A DNA stretch of 64,000 bases from an uncultured bacterium (GTDB lineage: Bacteria > Bacillota_I > Bacilli_A > RFN20 > CAG-826): contig CASDXP010000003.1 of assembly GCA_949285455.1 (NCBI GenBank), forward strand, positions 67,210 through 131,209, given 5' to 3'. A program made the position numbers and the translations under genes. Of the stretch, positions 23,720 through 32,708 are shown in pieces. The notes beneath the pieces were generated by a model. The model worked only from the letters and a program-made list of their open reading frames with translations. It was not told the DNA's origin and did no database searches. Within the stretch, counting starts at the first letter, position 1, and each line of letters begins with the position of its first letter.

Positions 23720-24248
23720 TAGATGATTCCTCTTTATTAGCTAAAAATTCATCGTACAATTTTCTAACTTTTTCATCGTTAAATGGAAATAGTTGATTCT
23801 CCATTAAATAAATAATTTTTTTACGTGTTATCATTAAAGCTTCGCAAAGTTTTTCTGAATAATTGTATCTCTTCTTGTTAATTTTAAATTCCTTCTCATC
23901 GAGTAGTTTTATTTTTTGGATATGCTTATTCGTTTTGACATCTAAATCGTAATCGATATAAAAAATGACATCCCCTTCTTTCAAGGCAGGTGAAGCAAGA
24001 TTGCAATAATAATTTATATCGTCTTGGCGAAACATGACGATGACATTATAAAATTCATGTTTCATCAAAATCTTTAAAGAAGCTTCGTTCATGAGCCAAC
24101 GTCGATAATTGTTTTCGATAATATGATCTTTACTCGAAGCAAGGATGAACATATCATCATCTTCATAAATCAAACAATCATCTATCCACGCACGATGGAA
24201 AGAATTATCTTGTTTATAAGCTTGTAACTGCACACGTTCACATTTCAA
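23712..24248 (-). CDS. DUF402-family protein (putative nucleoside di/tri-phosphatase Ntdp-like)
   Basis: 178 aa; FYIDYDLDV acidic motif typical of the DUF402/YgaC family. Confidence 0.4.
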   Translation of the reverse strand: MKCERVQLQAYKQDNSFHRAWIDDCLIYEDDDMFILASSKDHIIENNYRRWLMNEASLKILMKHEFYNVIVMFRQDDINYYCNLASPALKEGDVIFYIDYDLDVKTNKHIQKIKLLDEKEFKINKKRYNYSEKLCEALMITRKKIIYLMENQLFPFNDEKVRKLYDEFLANKEESSNG

Positions 24249-24269
24249 GAGAATTGACCAGTCCTTTTA

Positions 24270-25382
24270 CTAAGCAAGAATTTCCTTTAAAAATTCTCCA
24301 ATTAAATCTCCAACTTCTTTCATCGCTTCTAACGTATGACCGGTGAAATTATTAAATAAAGGAATATTCATCACTTCATCATCGTAATCGATTGCAAAAA
24401 CAATAGCGGTCTTTTGGATAGAAATAGATAAATCTAAGAAATATTTATTGACTTTAAATTTCTTTAAAACACTTAAAGCACGGCTATTCAAAATAGCTTT
24501 TTTATCTTCTTGTTTACCATAGATTGTATAAGCATTCGTGTCACTTAACACATTCATGTCATTCGCGACGCTAGGAAGTTCCACTAGGTCAGATTTGCCT
24601 TTGATGTAAATAAGCAATAAATCATCCATCTTCAAATCGACGTTCACCGACATATATTTACCGACGAAAATAGGAACACTTTTCTTACGTCCTTTTTCAT
24701 CTTCTTTGGTAACATATCCCGCTAAAGAAGCAGTATGGAAATCATGTGCAAAAACTTTACCCGTGACGACGTTTCTAGAGGAAACATTAGTTAAATCTTT
24801 ATAGATGTTTGCCGCTTGAAATTCTTCTAAAGAAATTTCCATATCATCATGAATTTTTAATTCTTTATAATATTTTTCATCGAAAGAATAGACATTAAAA
24901 TCATTCACGGTTTGAACGACGTAATCATGCGTATCAGTTTCAGCTTTTTTTACGATTAAGAATTTGTTTAAAAGCCAGACCGCAACTAGAACTAAGAACA
25001 CAAAACCAATGCCAATATAAAGACCAAAATTAGGAATGAAACTAAAACCAATCATCCCGCCAGTTATAAGCCCTAAGGCGATAAATAAAACTAAATTTCG
25101 CGTAAGTTTAAATTTACGATAACGTTCGACAAATTTTTTACGGCGATCATCGATTTGATGGAAGATTGGCTTATCGATCATTTCGATAGTGACTTCTTCC
25201 TCTTTTTCTTCCTTAACATCGTCTGTATCTTTTTCTTCATCCGCATTTAAAACTTGCGTAGAATTTTCTTCGTTGTTCGGAGTAGCGTTTTCTTCTTTTT
25301 GTTCTAAAATTTCTTCCTGACGTTTATTTTCATCCATATGTGTGCACCTCAAAAGCGTGTATATACTATAACACACGCACAC
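24270..25382 (-). CDS. hypothetical protein with acidic N-terminus, two TM helices and ~230-aa C-terminal domain
   Basis: TM pair NLVLFIALGLITGGMIGFSF / GLYIGIGFVFLVLVAVWLL; likely true start at internal MDENKRQEE. Confidence 0.3.
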   Translation of the reverse strand: MCVCYSIYTLLRCTHMDENKRQEEILEQKEENATPNNEENSTQVLNADEEKDTDDVKEEKEEEVTIEMIDKPIFHQIDDRRKKFVERYRKFKLTRNLVLFIALGLITGGMIGFSFIPNFGLYIGIGFVFLVLVAVWLLNKFLIVKKAETDTHDYVVQTVNDFNVYSFDEKYYKELKIHDDMEISLEEFQAANIYKDLTNVSSRNVVTGKVFAHDFHTASLAGYVTKEDEKGRKKSVPIFVGKYMSVNVDLKMDDLLLIYIKGKSDLVELPSVANDMNVLSDTNAYTIYGKQEDKKAILNSRALSVLKKFKVNKYFLDLSISIQKTAIVFAIDYDDEVMNIPLFNNFTGHTLEAMKEVGDLIGEFLKEILA

Positions 25383-25396
25383 ATGAAAAACAAAAA

Positions 25397-26359
25397 CTAT
25401 GAAATTAAAGTTTTCTTCGGATATAACTTATCGATCATTAAAATTGGCTTATATAGTAACAAGCAAACGACGATAGTGAGGAGGCTAGAAATAGGTACGT
25501 AAGTCGCACTATAAATGAAAGAAGCAACCCATGGTGTTTCCCAATATAGGACACCAGCGATGACGTGACATAAATATTTTAAAGAACATGCCGCTAAGAT
25601 AGAGACACCTAAAATTGTTGCTCCTATAACGTTATATTTAGTATCGTGATTTTTCTTTAAAATTAAAGGTCTAAAGAAGCCGACAATCGAAAGAGAACCA
25701 AACGCTAAAAGGTAATCAAAAATATAATATTGTAAACCATAACCACCAATGAGACATGAGACAAGACCATAGACGACACCGCAACCGATGAAGCCTTTAT
25801 AGACCCCGAAGCGTAAAGATAGAATAATTAAAGGAATCATTTCAAAAGAAATGGAACCACCGTTAGCCTGCACTCTAAATTTTAAAAATGATAAATCTAA
25901 AACGACGGCAAGGGAGACGAGCATCGCCATCTCGACAATATCTTTTGTATCGAAACGATGTTCATCAAATAATAAAGGTAACAAGATGACGATACTTAAA
26001 AAAATGAATATTAGACCACAAATAGTTAAAGCATCATAACTCGGTGTATCGATGTCATAAAGCGAGGAAAAAAACGATGGAACGCTAAAGCCGACGAGAG
26101 TGGCTAATAATATTAATCCTACTGCGTAACTATAAAGTTCTTTAAACTTGTAACTTAACGCTAATAAGGTAATTGCCCCAACGTAAACAAAAATCATGAT
26201 GAAGCCTAAGTAATTAAACACTCCATCGTAGAAACTAAATACGAGAAATGAATTGTAATTGACATTGCTCACGATGAAGTTTCCACTAAAAAATAAAGCT
26301 AAACCAAAAATCAAACTTGCTAATGCACTACTAATGAATAAAACTCTCTTATCTTTCAT
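25397..26359 (-). CDS. thiamine transporter, ThiT-like ECF S component with extra N-terminal ~130-aa membrane domain
   Basis: C-terminal ~190 aa resemble ThiT (…RFQANGGSISF…, …YLCHVIAGVLYWETPW…); directly preceded by a TPP riboswitch. Confidence 0.55.
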   Translation of the reverse strand: MKDKRVLFISSALASLIFGLALFFSGNFIVSNVNYNSFLVFSFYDGVFNYLGFIMIFVYVGAITLLALSYKFKELYSYAVGLILLATLVGFSVPSFFSSLYDIDTPSYDALTICGLIFIFLSIVILLPLLFDEHRFDTKDIVEMAMLVSLAVVLDLSFLKFRVQANGGSISFEMIPLIILSLRFGVYKGFIGCGVVYGLVSCLIGGYGLQYYIFDYLLAFGSLSIVGFFRPLILKKNHDTKYNVIGATILGVSILAACSLKYLCHVIAGVLYWETPWVASFIYSATYVPISSLLTIVVCLLLYKPILMIDKLYPKKTLIS

Positions 26360-26362
26360 AAA

Positions 26363-26485
26363 AAATACCTCGTTACTAGCGAGGCAAAAAAGAAAAATTT
26401 CCCCTCCGCTAGCATTACCTAGATCAGGTTCGGTCGGCTTTGACTTAAAAGCCCTCTCAGCTTAGTGCGCTAAGCTCCCGTCGTT
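26363..26485 (-). promoter_or_regulatory. TPP (THI-box) riboswitch with SD-sequestering expression platform
   Basis: Minus-strand RNA reads GACGGGAGC...CUGAGAGGGCUUUUAAGUCAAAGCCGACCGAACCUGAUCUAGGUAAUGCUAGCGGAGGGGAA (CUGAGA and ACCUGAUCUgGUAAUaCcAGCGuAGGGA consensus). It is followed by hairpin CCUCGCUAGUAACGAGG that contains the GAGG SD 8 nt before the ATG. Confidence 0.75.
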
Positions 26486-26498
26486 AATATTGTAATAT

Positions 26499-26586
26499 TT
26501 ATTTGAGCCAATTTATAGGTAAAACTTTATGTTCTTCTAAAAATTTATTGGCTAATAAAAAATGATTGCAACCAAAGAAATTGCCG
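26499..26586 (-). pseudogene. detached 3' fragment of ung carrying the native C-terminus and stop (upstream copy of target duplication)
   Basis: Minus-strand translation ...[29 protein letters not shown] ; the 5' side diverges exactly at the IS left end. Confidence 0.55.
26512..26586. repeat. 75-bp direct repeat, copy A (target-site duplication)
   Basis: Identical to 28563..28637: tttataggtaaaactttatgttcttctaaaaatttattggctaataaaaaatgattgcaaccaaagaaattgccg. Confidence 0.85.
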
Positions 26587-28562
26587 CCCGTCTTTCGTAG
26601 TTTACTCTCGTTTTTTTAGAACATAAATTGATAATAAGCATCAATATAGATTTTTTAATTATATTTTTAATATTAATAAATTAATATTACTTACCTCAAG
26701 TGATGTCATTTTTTCATTTGTCAATAAAATTCATGAATTTTTATATTGTATCTAGAGTAATAATATTATAAACTATAAATAGTTTAGAGGTAGAGTAATA
26801 TGTCATATAATTTAAAGCAATGTCGATATAAGAATGGAAGAGTATTCTTAGAGATCGTCGATTCAATTTATTCAAGAAAGAAAGGTTATTCGATACCTAA
26901 GGTCATTAAAAAGATTGGTTATCTAGATGAATTAGAAAAGATTTATGTTGATCCTATCTCCTACTTTAAAGAAGAAATTAAAAAGATGGAATTAGAAAGG
27001 AAGAAAGAAAATAATTTCATACCTAGGCAGTCAGATGAAATTAATTTAGGTTCTTTTCTTCCAATTCACCTATTGAACAAACTAAGACTAAAAGATTTAT
27101 CTAATGCGATAGATCAATCTAGTAAGAGAACTTATTCTCATTACGATGTCTTAGAGTTTCTCACTTTAAGTAGAATCATCTATCCATCTAGTAAGATCGA
27201 TACGTATATGAATATGTTCCCTCACTTCTACAAGAAATATTCTTTTTCTAAAGACCAGATGTACGATGCTTTAGGATTGATTGGGGAATATGATGAAGCT
27301 TACTTAAACATTCTTAACGATAAGATAAATAAAATATATGGAAGAAATTTATCTCACGTCTATTTTGATTGTACAAATTATTATTTTGAAATAGATGCGA
27401 ATAATTATGATAGCTATCGTCTACCTGGAGTTAGTAAAGAAAATCATCAAGGAGCCATCATCTCTTTAGGACTTCTTTTAGATAGCGATGCTATTCCTTT
27501 ATACTATAGTCTTTTCCCTGGTAATCAAAGTGAAAAACCAGAACTTAACAAAACGATTAAAAAGATGAAAGATTCGTTAGATATTAAAGGAAGAACTATA
27601 AGAGTTGCAGATAAAGGATTAAATTCAGTCGATAATATTATCGATGCATATAAAAATGGGGATGGATATGTCTATTCTAAAGCGATTAGATCTAACGATG
27701 ACAAAAAGATGATTTTAGAAGGAGAAACATTCGAAGAAATAAAAGATGAAAATGGTGAAGTTATCTTCAAAGTTAAAGTGTGGATCGATAATTATGATTA
27801 CGTTCAAGATAATCGCACTTATAAATTAAGAGAGAAAAGAATCGTCATATGGTCAAGAAAATATGCTCTTAAATCAGCCTATGAAAGAAATAGAGCTATC
27901 GATAAAGTAAATAAACAATCTTCCATATCTAATCTTAAGAGTAAAGATTCACCTAAATTTATTCATACTCTTTACGATGTCATAAGTGAAGAAAGTGGAA
28001 AGATTATTTCTAATGATGATATTTCTTTGATATTAAACGAATCTAAGGTGGATAAAGCTTCAGAACTTGATGGCTATTATATGATAGTTACATCTGAGAC
28101 TAATTTATCTTGGAAAGAGATATTAGATATATATCGTAAATTATGGGAAATAGAAGCTTCATTTAGAATAACTAAAACTCAATTAGAGACTAGACCAATA
28201 TACGTTTCTTCATTAAATTCTATCAAAGGTCATTTCTTCTCTTGCTATCTAGCTTTAACATTGATTCGTCTCATACAAAAGAAAGAACTTGATGATAAAT
28301 ATAATGCTGAAAAAGTTATCGATTTTGTGAAAACCTTAAAAGCTTTCCCAATTAGTAATGAACAGTATTTATTATCTGGCTCTTATCAAGATATCATCAA
28401 AGAAATTGAAACTAGATACAAAGTCTCTTTTAACTTAAAAACATTATCTTTATCAAAGATTGAAAAATTATTTTCTATCTAATTTTATTACTCTAGTTGA
28501 TATTAAATGATTATATCTTTGATATAACATTACGAATTTTGATTTCATCTCCGAAAGTCAGG
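26587..28562 (+). mobile_element. IS1634/IS4-family insertion sequence (1976 bp) with imperfect 14-bp terminal inverted repeats
   Basis: Left end cccgtctttcgtag vs right-end reverse complement cctgactttcggag (11/14); single DDE transposase ORF; flanked by exact 75-bp direct repeats. Internal promoter-like TTGTCA(26718)-17-TTATAT(26741) upstream of the transposase. Confidence 0.7.
26800..28482 (+). CDS. IS1634/IS4-family DDE transposase (560 aa)
   Basis: HVYFDCTNYYFE first-Asp region typical of IS4/IS1634 transposases; size matches IS1634-group transposases (~540-560 aa). Confidence 0.75.
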   Translation: MSYNLKQCRYKNGRVFLEIVDSIYSRKKGYSIPKVIKKIGYLDELEKIYVDPISYFKEEIKKMELERKKENNFIPRQSDEINLGSFLPIHLLNKLRLKDLSNAIDQSSKRTYSHYDVLEFLTLSRIIYPSSKIDTYMNMFPHFYKKYSFSKDQMYDALGLIGEYDEAYLNILNDKINKIYGRNLSHVYFDCTNYYFEIDANNYDSYRLPGVSKENHQGAIISLGLLLDSDAIPLYYSLFPGNQSEKPELNKTIKKMKDSLDIKGRTIRVADKGLNSVDNIIDAYKNGDGYVYSKAIRSNDDKKMILEGETFEEIKDENGEVIFKVKVWIDNYDYVQDNRTYKLREKRIVIWSRKYALKSAYERNRAIDKVNKQSSISNLKSKDSPKFIHTLYDVISEESGKIISNDDISLILNESKVDKASELDGYYMIVTSETNLSWKEILDIYRKLWEIEASFRITKTQLETRPIYVSSLNSIKGHFFSCYLALTLIRLIQKKELDDKYNAEKVIDFVKTLKAFPISNEQYLLSGSYQDIIKEIETRYKVSFNLKTLSLSKIEKLFSI

Positions 28563-29266
28563 TTTATAGGTAAAACTTTATGTTCTTCTAAAAATTTATT
28601 GGCTAATAAAAAATGATTGCAACCAAAGAAATTGCCGTTTGCCATCGCAAGAGGAGAAGGATGACTAGCTTCTAAGATGAGGTGATTCGTATTAGTGATA
28701 TAGACTTTATACTTTCTAGCAAAATTGCCCCACAACATGAAAACCATCGGTCGATCAATTTTATCTAAATAAGTTAAGACATCTTTAAAAAACTCTTCAT
28801 ATCCCGCACTTTTGTGGGATAAAGGGGCTTTTTGACGTACGGATAAGTAGGCGTTTAAAAGGAGGACACCTTGTTTAGCAAGATAAGTTAAATCGCCATT
28901 ACTCTTATCAATTTTTGTATGAAATTCATTTTCAATTTCTTTGTAAATATTTAATAAACTAGGTGGCACTTTAATACCTGGTGGGGTTGCAAAAGCTAAG
29001 CCCATTGCTTGGCCTTCATTCGGATATGGGTCTTGCCCGATGATGATAACTTTCACTTCTTTAAGAGGAGTTAATTTAAAAGCATTAAATAATAGATGCC
29101 TTGGAGGATAAATAATGTGATTTGCGTATTCTTCATCTAAAAACTCATGAAGTTTTTTGGCATATTCTTTCTTTTTAATATTTTCAAATAATAATTCCCA
29201 ATCGTTCATAAGTTTTTCAAATATAGTATAATATTTAATGTGAAAATTCTCATCGTTTTTAATCAT
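28511..29266 (-). CDS. ung: uracil-DNA glycosylase; last 17 codons derived from the IS right end
   Basis: GQDPYPNEGQAMGLAF water-activating loop; HPSPL His motif. C-terminus ...VLPI then NLTFGDEIKIRNVISKI encoded within IS terminus 28511-28562. Probable true start at internal MNDWELL (29209). Confidence 0.85.
   Translation of the reverse strand: MIKNDENFHIKYYTIFEKLMNDWELLFENIKKKEYAKKLHEFLDEEYANHIIYPPRHLLFNAFKLTPLKEVKVIIIGQDPYPNEGQAMGLAFATPPGIKVPPSLLNIYKEIENEFHTKIDKSNGDLTYLAKQGVLLLNAYLSVRQKAPLSHKSAGYEEFFKDVLTYLDKIDRPMVFMLWGNFARKYKVYITNTNHLILEASHPSPLAMANGNFFGCNHFLLANKFLEEHKVLPINLTFGDEIKIRNVISKI
28563..28637. repeat. 75-bp direct repeat, copy B (target-site duplication, inside ung)
   Basis: Identical to 26512..26586. 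Confidence 0.85.
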
Positions 29267-30337
29267 CCTGCACCATATAAAGTTCGCCTGTTCAATGAAC
29301 TAGCGAAAAAATATGATATACATGTTTTATTTGAACGAAAGAAAGCAAGCAATCGACCAGATTCATTTTATGATGAAGAAATTAAATTTTCGCATGAATT
29401 TTTAAAAGGGATAAACATAAGCAAAGAAAATTTTATTTCAAACGCTATTATCAAACATGTAATTACTCATCAATATGATTTGATTATTATGAACGGCTAT
29501 TCAACTTTTGCTGAGATGAAAACTATCAAATATTTCATTAAAAATAATATACCTTATAGTCTTTATGTTAATGGTGGCTTCGCACGCATCGAACCAAAGT
29601 GGAAAAAAGAGTTAAAAACTAAATTAATTAGTCATGCAAAATTTTATTTCGCGCCTTCAGAAGAAGCCAAAAAATTTCTTGTTTACTATGGCGCTAATCC
29701 TTCTAATGTCTATCTTTACACTTATAGCACAATTTATGAAAGCGAGATTTTAAAAGATCCCTTAACTCACGATCAAAAAGTAAAATTGCGCAAAGAATTA
29801 AATATTCCTACCAAACATATCTACATCTCCACCTCACGTTTTGAGGAGAGAAAAAATCTTACTAAACTTATCTATTTCTTCATCGATGAGATGCCTAAAG
29901 ATTCCAATCTTTTACTCATCGGGGGTGGTCCTTTAACTTATCGTTATCTACAAATTATTCGTAAAGAAAAAGTTGATAACATTCAAGTTTATGAGCATAT
30001 GTCGCGAGAAGAAATGTTCAAATATTTAAAAGCTTCTGACGTCTATTTATTTCCAACTTTAGAAGACATTTATGGCCATGTTGTTAACGAAGCGATGGCA
30101 AATGGGCTACCGGTTATATCGAGTGATAAATCACTCGCTTCATTAAAATTAATAAAAAATGGTTACAATGGTTACATCTATCAAAGCGGAGATAAAGAAA
30201 CATTTAAGAAAGACATTTTTGAACTAAGAAAAAGAAATCTTACGAATAATGCTTTAAAGACCGCAAGAGAAAATACCATTGAAAAAATGGTCAAAGACCA
30301 CTATGCTATTTTTGAGGATGTAAAACAAAAATTATGA
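29240..30337 (+). CDS. glycosyltransferase family 4 (GT-B)
   Basis: EDIYGHVVNEAMANGLPVISSD (EX7E-type GT4 motif). Confidence 0.7.
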   Translation: MKILIVFNHPAPYKVRLFNELAKKYDIHVLFERKKASNRPDSFYDEEIKFSHEFLKGINISKENFISNAIIKHVITHQYDLIIMNGYSTFAEMKTIKYFIKNNIPYSLYVNGGFARIEPKWKKELKTKLISHAKFYFAPSEEAKKFLVYYGANPSNVYLYTYSTIYESEILKDPLTHDQKVKLRKELNIPTKHIYISTSRFEERKNLTKLIYFFIDEMPKDSNLLLIGGGPLTYRYLQIIRKEKVDNIQVYEHMSREEMFKYLKASDVYLFPTLEDIYGHVVNEAMANGLPVISSDKSLASLKLIKNGYNGYIYQSGDKETFKKDIFELRKRNLTNNALKTARENTIEKMVKDHYAIFEDVKQKL

Positions 30338-31467
30338 AGATTATTTACGTAACAACATGTATTAATCCGAAAAGATTTTTTCAAGGTAACAAAGAAAATA
30401 AGAAAGCCTTAAACCCAAGTGGCCAAAATTTTCACTTCAAAATGATTAAGGCATTAAAAGAAAAATGTGATGTCGAAGTTATTTCTATTCCCCCTCTATC
30501 ACCTTATCTCACTAATAGATTATTTATTCCTCGTTTTGAAGAAGAAGTCGAAGGTATCAAATTTCATTACGTACACGTCTCTTATTCTAAACTTTACAAA
30601 TTTTTTGGTCTAAGAAATAACATTCGTAAAGAAATTAAACGCATCATAATGCCGGATGATGTCATCATTTACGATGGTCTAAATAGACCGGCAACTTTTG
30701 CTCTTGTGAATTCTTTCCCCAATCATAAAAAAGTTATGATGTTAACTGATGATCCCGCGAATTTAACCTACGGTGGAAAAAGATATACAAAATCACTTAA
30801 AAAACGTTATCCAAAAGTTGAAAACGCTATCGCTTTAACGCCTCACCTTTTCACTTTACTTCCTAACGTTAAAGACAAATTACAAATTGAAGGTATCATG
30901 AGTGAAAATCCTTATAGTTATGAGCCTAATGAATATAGCCCCTACATCTTCCTTGGCGGAGCGTTATTTTCTCGTTATGGAGTAGACACTTTGTTAAATG
31001 CCTTCTTAGAACTTGAAGTTCCTAATCTTAACCTCGTATTATGTGGTCAAGGTGACCTAGTGGAAATGCTTAAAAAATATTCTCAAAGGTATCATCATAT
31101 TCATTTTTTAGGACTTATCACTAACGATGAGATTTTAAAACTTGAAGCAGGAGCGTTATTTAACGTCAACCCTCGCCCACTCGATGCGAGTGTGGACATC
31201 AATTCCGTCCCTTCTAAAATCATCGAATGTGCAGCCGCTAAAAGGCCTCTTATCACGACGAAAAACGCTATCATTGAATCACTTTTTGGAAATCATATTT
31301 CCTATTTTAAAGGTGATGATTTAGCGAGCATCAAAGAAGGCTTAAAAGAGATGATTGCACTAAGTGAAGAAAAAGCTATGAATAAAGGAAAAGAAGTATA
31401 TAACGCCATCAAATCACGGCTCGATAGTGAAATCGTTGCCGCTAAAATTTTAGATTTTCTTCACTAA
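30334..31467 (+). CDS. glycosyltransferase (GT-B fold, GT1/GT4-like)
   Basis: Start overlaps upstream GT stop (ATGA); C-terminal VPSKIIECAAAKRPLITT nucleotide-sugar-binding-like region. Confidence 0.5.
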   Translation: MKIIYVTTCINPKRFFQGNKENKKALNPSGQNFHFKMIKALKEKCDVEVISIPPLSPYLTNRLFIPRFEEEVEGIKFHYVHVSYSKLYKFFGLRNNIRKEIKRIIMPDDVIIYDGLNRPATFALVNSFPNHKKVMMLTDDPANLTYGGKRYTKSLKKRYPKVENAIALTPHLFTLLPNVKDKLQIEGIMSENPYSYEPNEYSPYIFLGGALFSRYGVDTLLNAFLELEVPNLNLVLCGQGDLVEMLKKYSQRYHHIHFLGLITNDEILKLEAGALFNVNPRPLDASVDINSVPSKIIECAAAKRPLITTKNAIIESLFGNHISYFKGDDLASIKEGLKEMIALSEEKAMNKGKEVYNAIKSRLDSEIVAAKILDFLH

Positions 31468-32649
31468 TAAAGTTTGTTCAATTTGATCAACTATTTTATC
31501 TAAAGCGAAATGGGCTTGATAATAATTGTAATTATTTTCTCCCATTTTTTCTTTTTCGCTTTCTTCTAGTTCCTTCATCTTGATGATATTTTTTGCGATA
31601 TCTTTAACATTAGGCTGAGAAATGATTGCTCCACCTGCGTCTTCTAAAACTTTTTTTCCATCCCCATCTATTACCCCAAGAATAGGTTTTTTATAAGTAA
31701 GATAGGAAATGAGTTTAGAAGGAATAGTATTTCCCACTACTCCGCTAGGAAATAAGGAAACGTACAAAGCATCAACATTAGAGTAATAAAAACGTGCTTT
31801 CTTCATCGGAATGGGACCATAATAGATGACGTTTTTAGAAATGTCTAATCGTTTGATTTCTTCTTCAAATTTCGCTCTATTCGTACCCATACCTATAATA
31901 TGGAAATAGACATCATCATATTTTTTAATAACTTCTTTCATCGCTTGAGGGACAAGTTCGATACCTTGAATGGTTCCGATGTTCCCACAATATAAAATGT
32001 GAAAGCCTTTTCCATATTCAACATTTTTTCCTTCTTCAAGCGAATTGCTAAATAAAGGTGGTTGAGGTATATACTTATAATATTTATTTTCGAGTTTTAA
32101 AACGTCGTAGAAATAGTCTTTAAAAGAAGGCGAAGAAAGTAATATCTTATCGCATTTAGCGTAGATTGATCTAGACCATTTATATAAGATTTTATAAAAT
32201 AAACCATTTTCTTTAATGGCGTGAGTAATGACAGGAGAAATAGGCCATAAGTCAAGACAATGTAAGACGTGATTAATATGATGTTTACGCTTGTAAATAT
32301 TAGCCCCGCTTACGGAAATGATAGGTGATAAAGATTGGGAATAGACGACATCATATTCTTCTTTAAAATGTTTTAAAAAACGACGTGATGAAAAATAAAA
32401 CGATAAGTAATTGAAGATGATAGAGAGACGGTTTTTCTTACGTGCGAAAAGATGAAGACGAAAAACTCTCACCCCATCGATCACTTCATATTTTACTTTC
32501 TTATATTCTTTTAAAATATGATCGAAACCATAGTTAGGTTTTCCTGTCACTACCGTCACATCATGTCCGCGTCTTTTAAGTTCACGACAAATGTCACTGA
32601 TGACGAAGTTTTCTGGATAATAGAATTGACAAACAACTAAGATACGCAT
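31450..32649 (-). CDS. glycosyltransferase family 4, WbuB-like
   Basis: MRILVVCQFYYPENFVISDICRELKRRGHDVTVVTGKPNYG N-terminus typical of GT4 WbuB/L-FucNAc-transferase-like enzymes. Confidence 0.65.
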   Translation of the reverse strand: MRILVVCQFYYPENFVISDICRELKRRGHDVTVVTGKPNYGFDHILKEYKKVKYEVIDGVRVFRLHLFARKKNRLSIIFNYLSFYFSSRRFLKHFKEEYDVVYSQSLSPIISVSGANIYKRKHHINHVLHCLDLWPISPVITHAIKENGLFYKILYKWSRSIYAKCDKILLSSPSFKDYFYDVLKLENKYYKYIPQPPLFSNSLEEGKNVEYGKGFHILYCGNIGTIQGIELVPQAMKEVIKKYDDVYFHIIGMGTNRAKFEEEIKRLDISKNVIYYGPIPMKKARFYYSNVDALYVSLFPSGVVGNTIPSKLISYLTYKKPILGVIDGDGKKVLEDAGGAIISQPNVKDIAKNIIKMKELEESEKEKMGENNYNYYQAHFALDKIVDQIEQTLLVKKI

Positions 32650-32708
32650 ATTTTTTACGCTTTAAATTATAGCAATATATAAAAAAATATTATATATTTA
32701 CTTCTATC

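Noticed and set aside
26512-28637. Alternative reading of the 75-bp direct repeats as an ordinary segmental duplication unrelated to the IS.
   Set aside because: The repeat edges coincide exactly with the imperfect inverted-repeat termini of the transposase-bearing segment. Precise excision restores an intact, conventional ung C-terminus. This is diagnostic of a target-site duplication.
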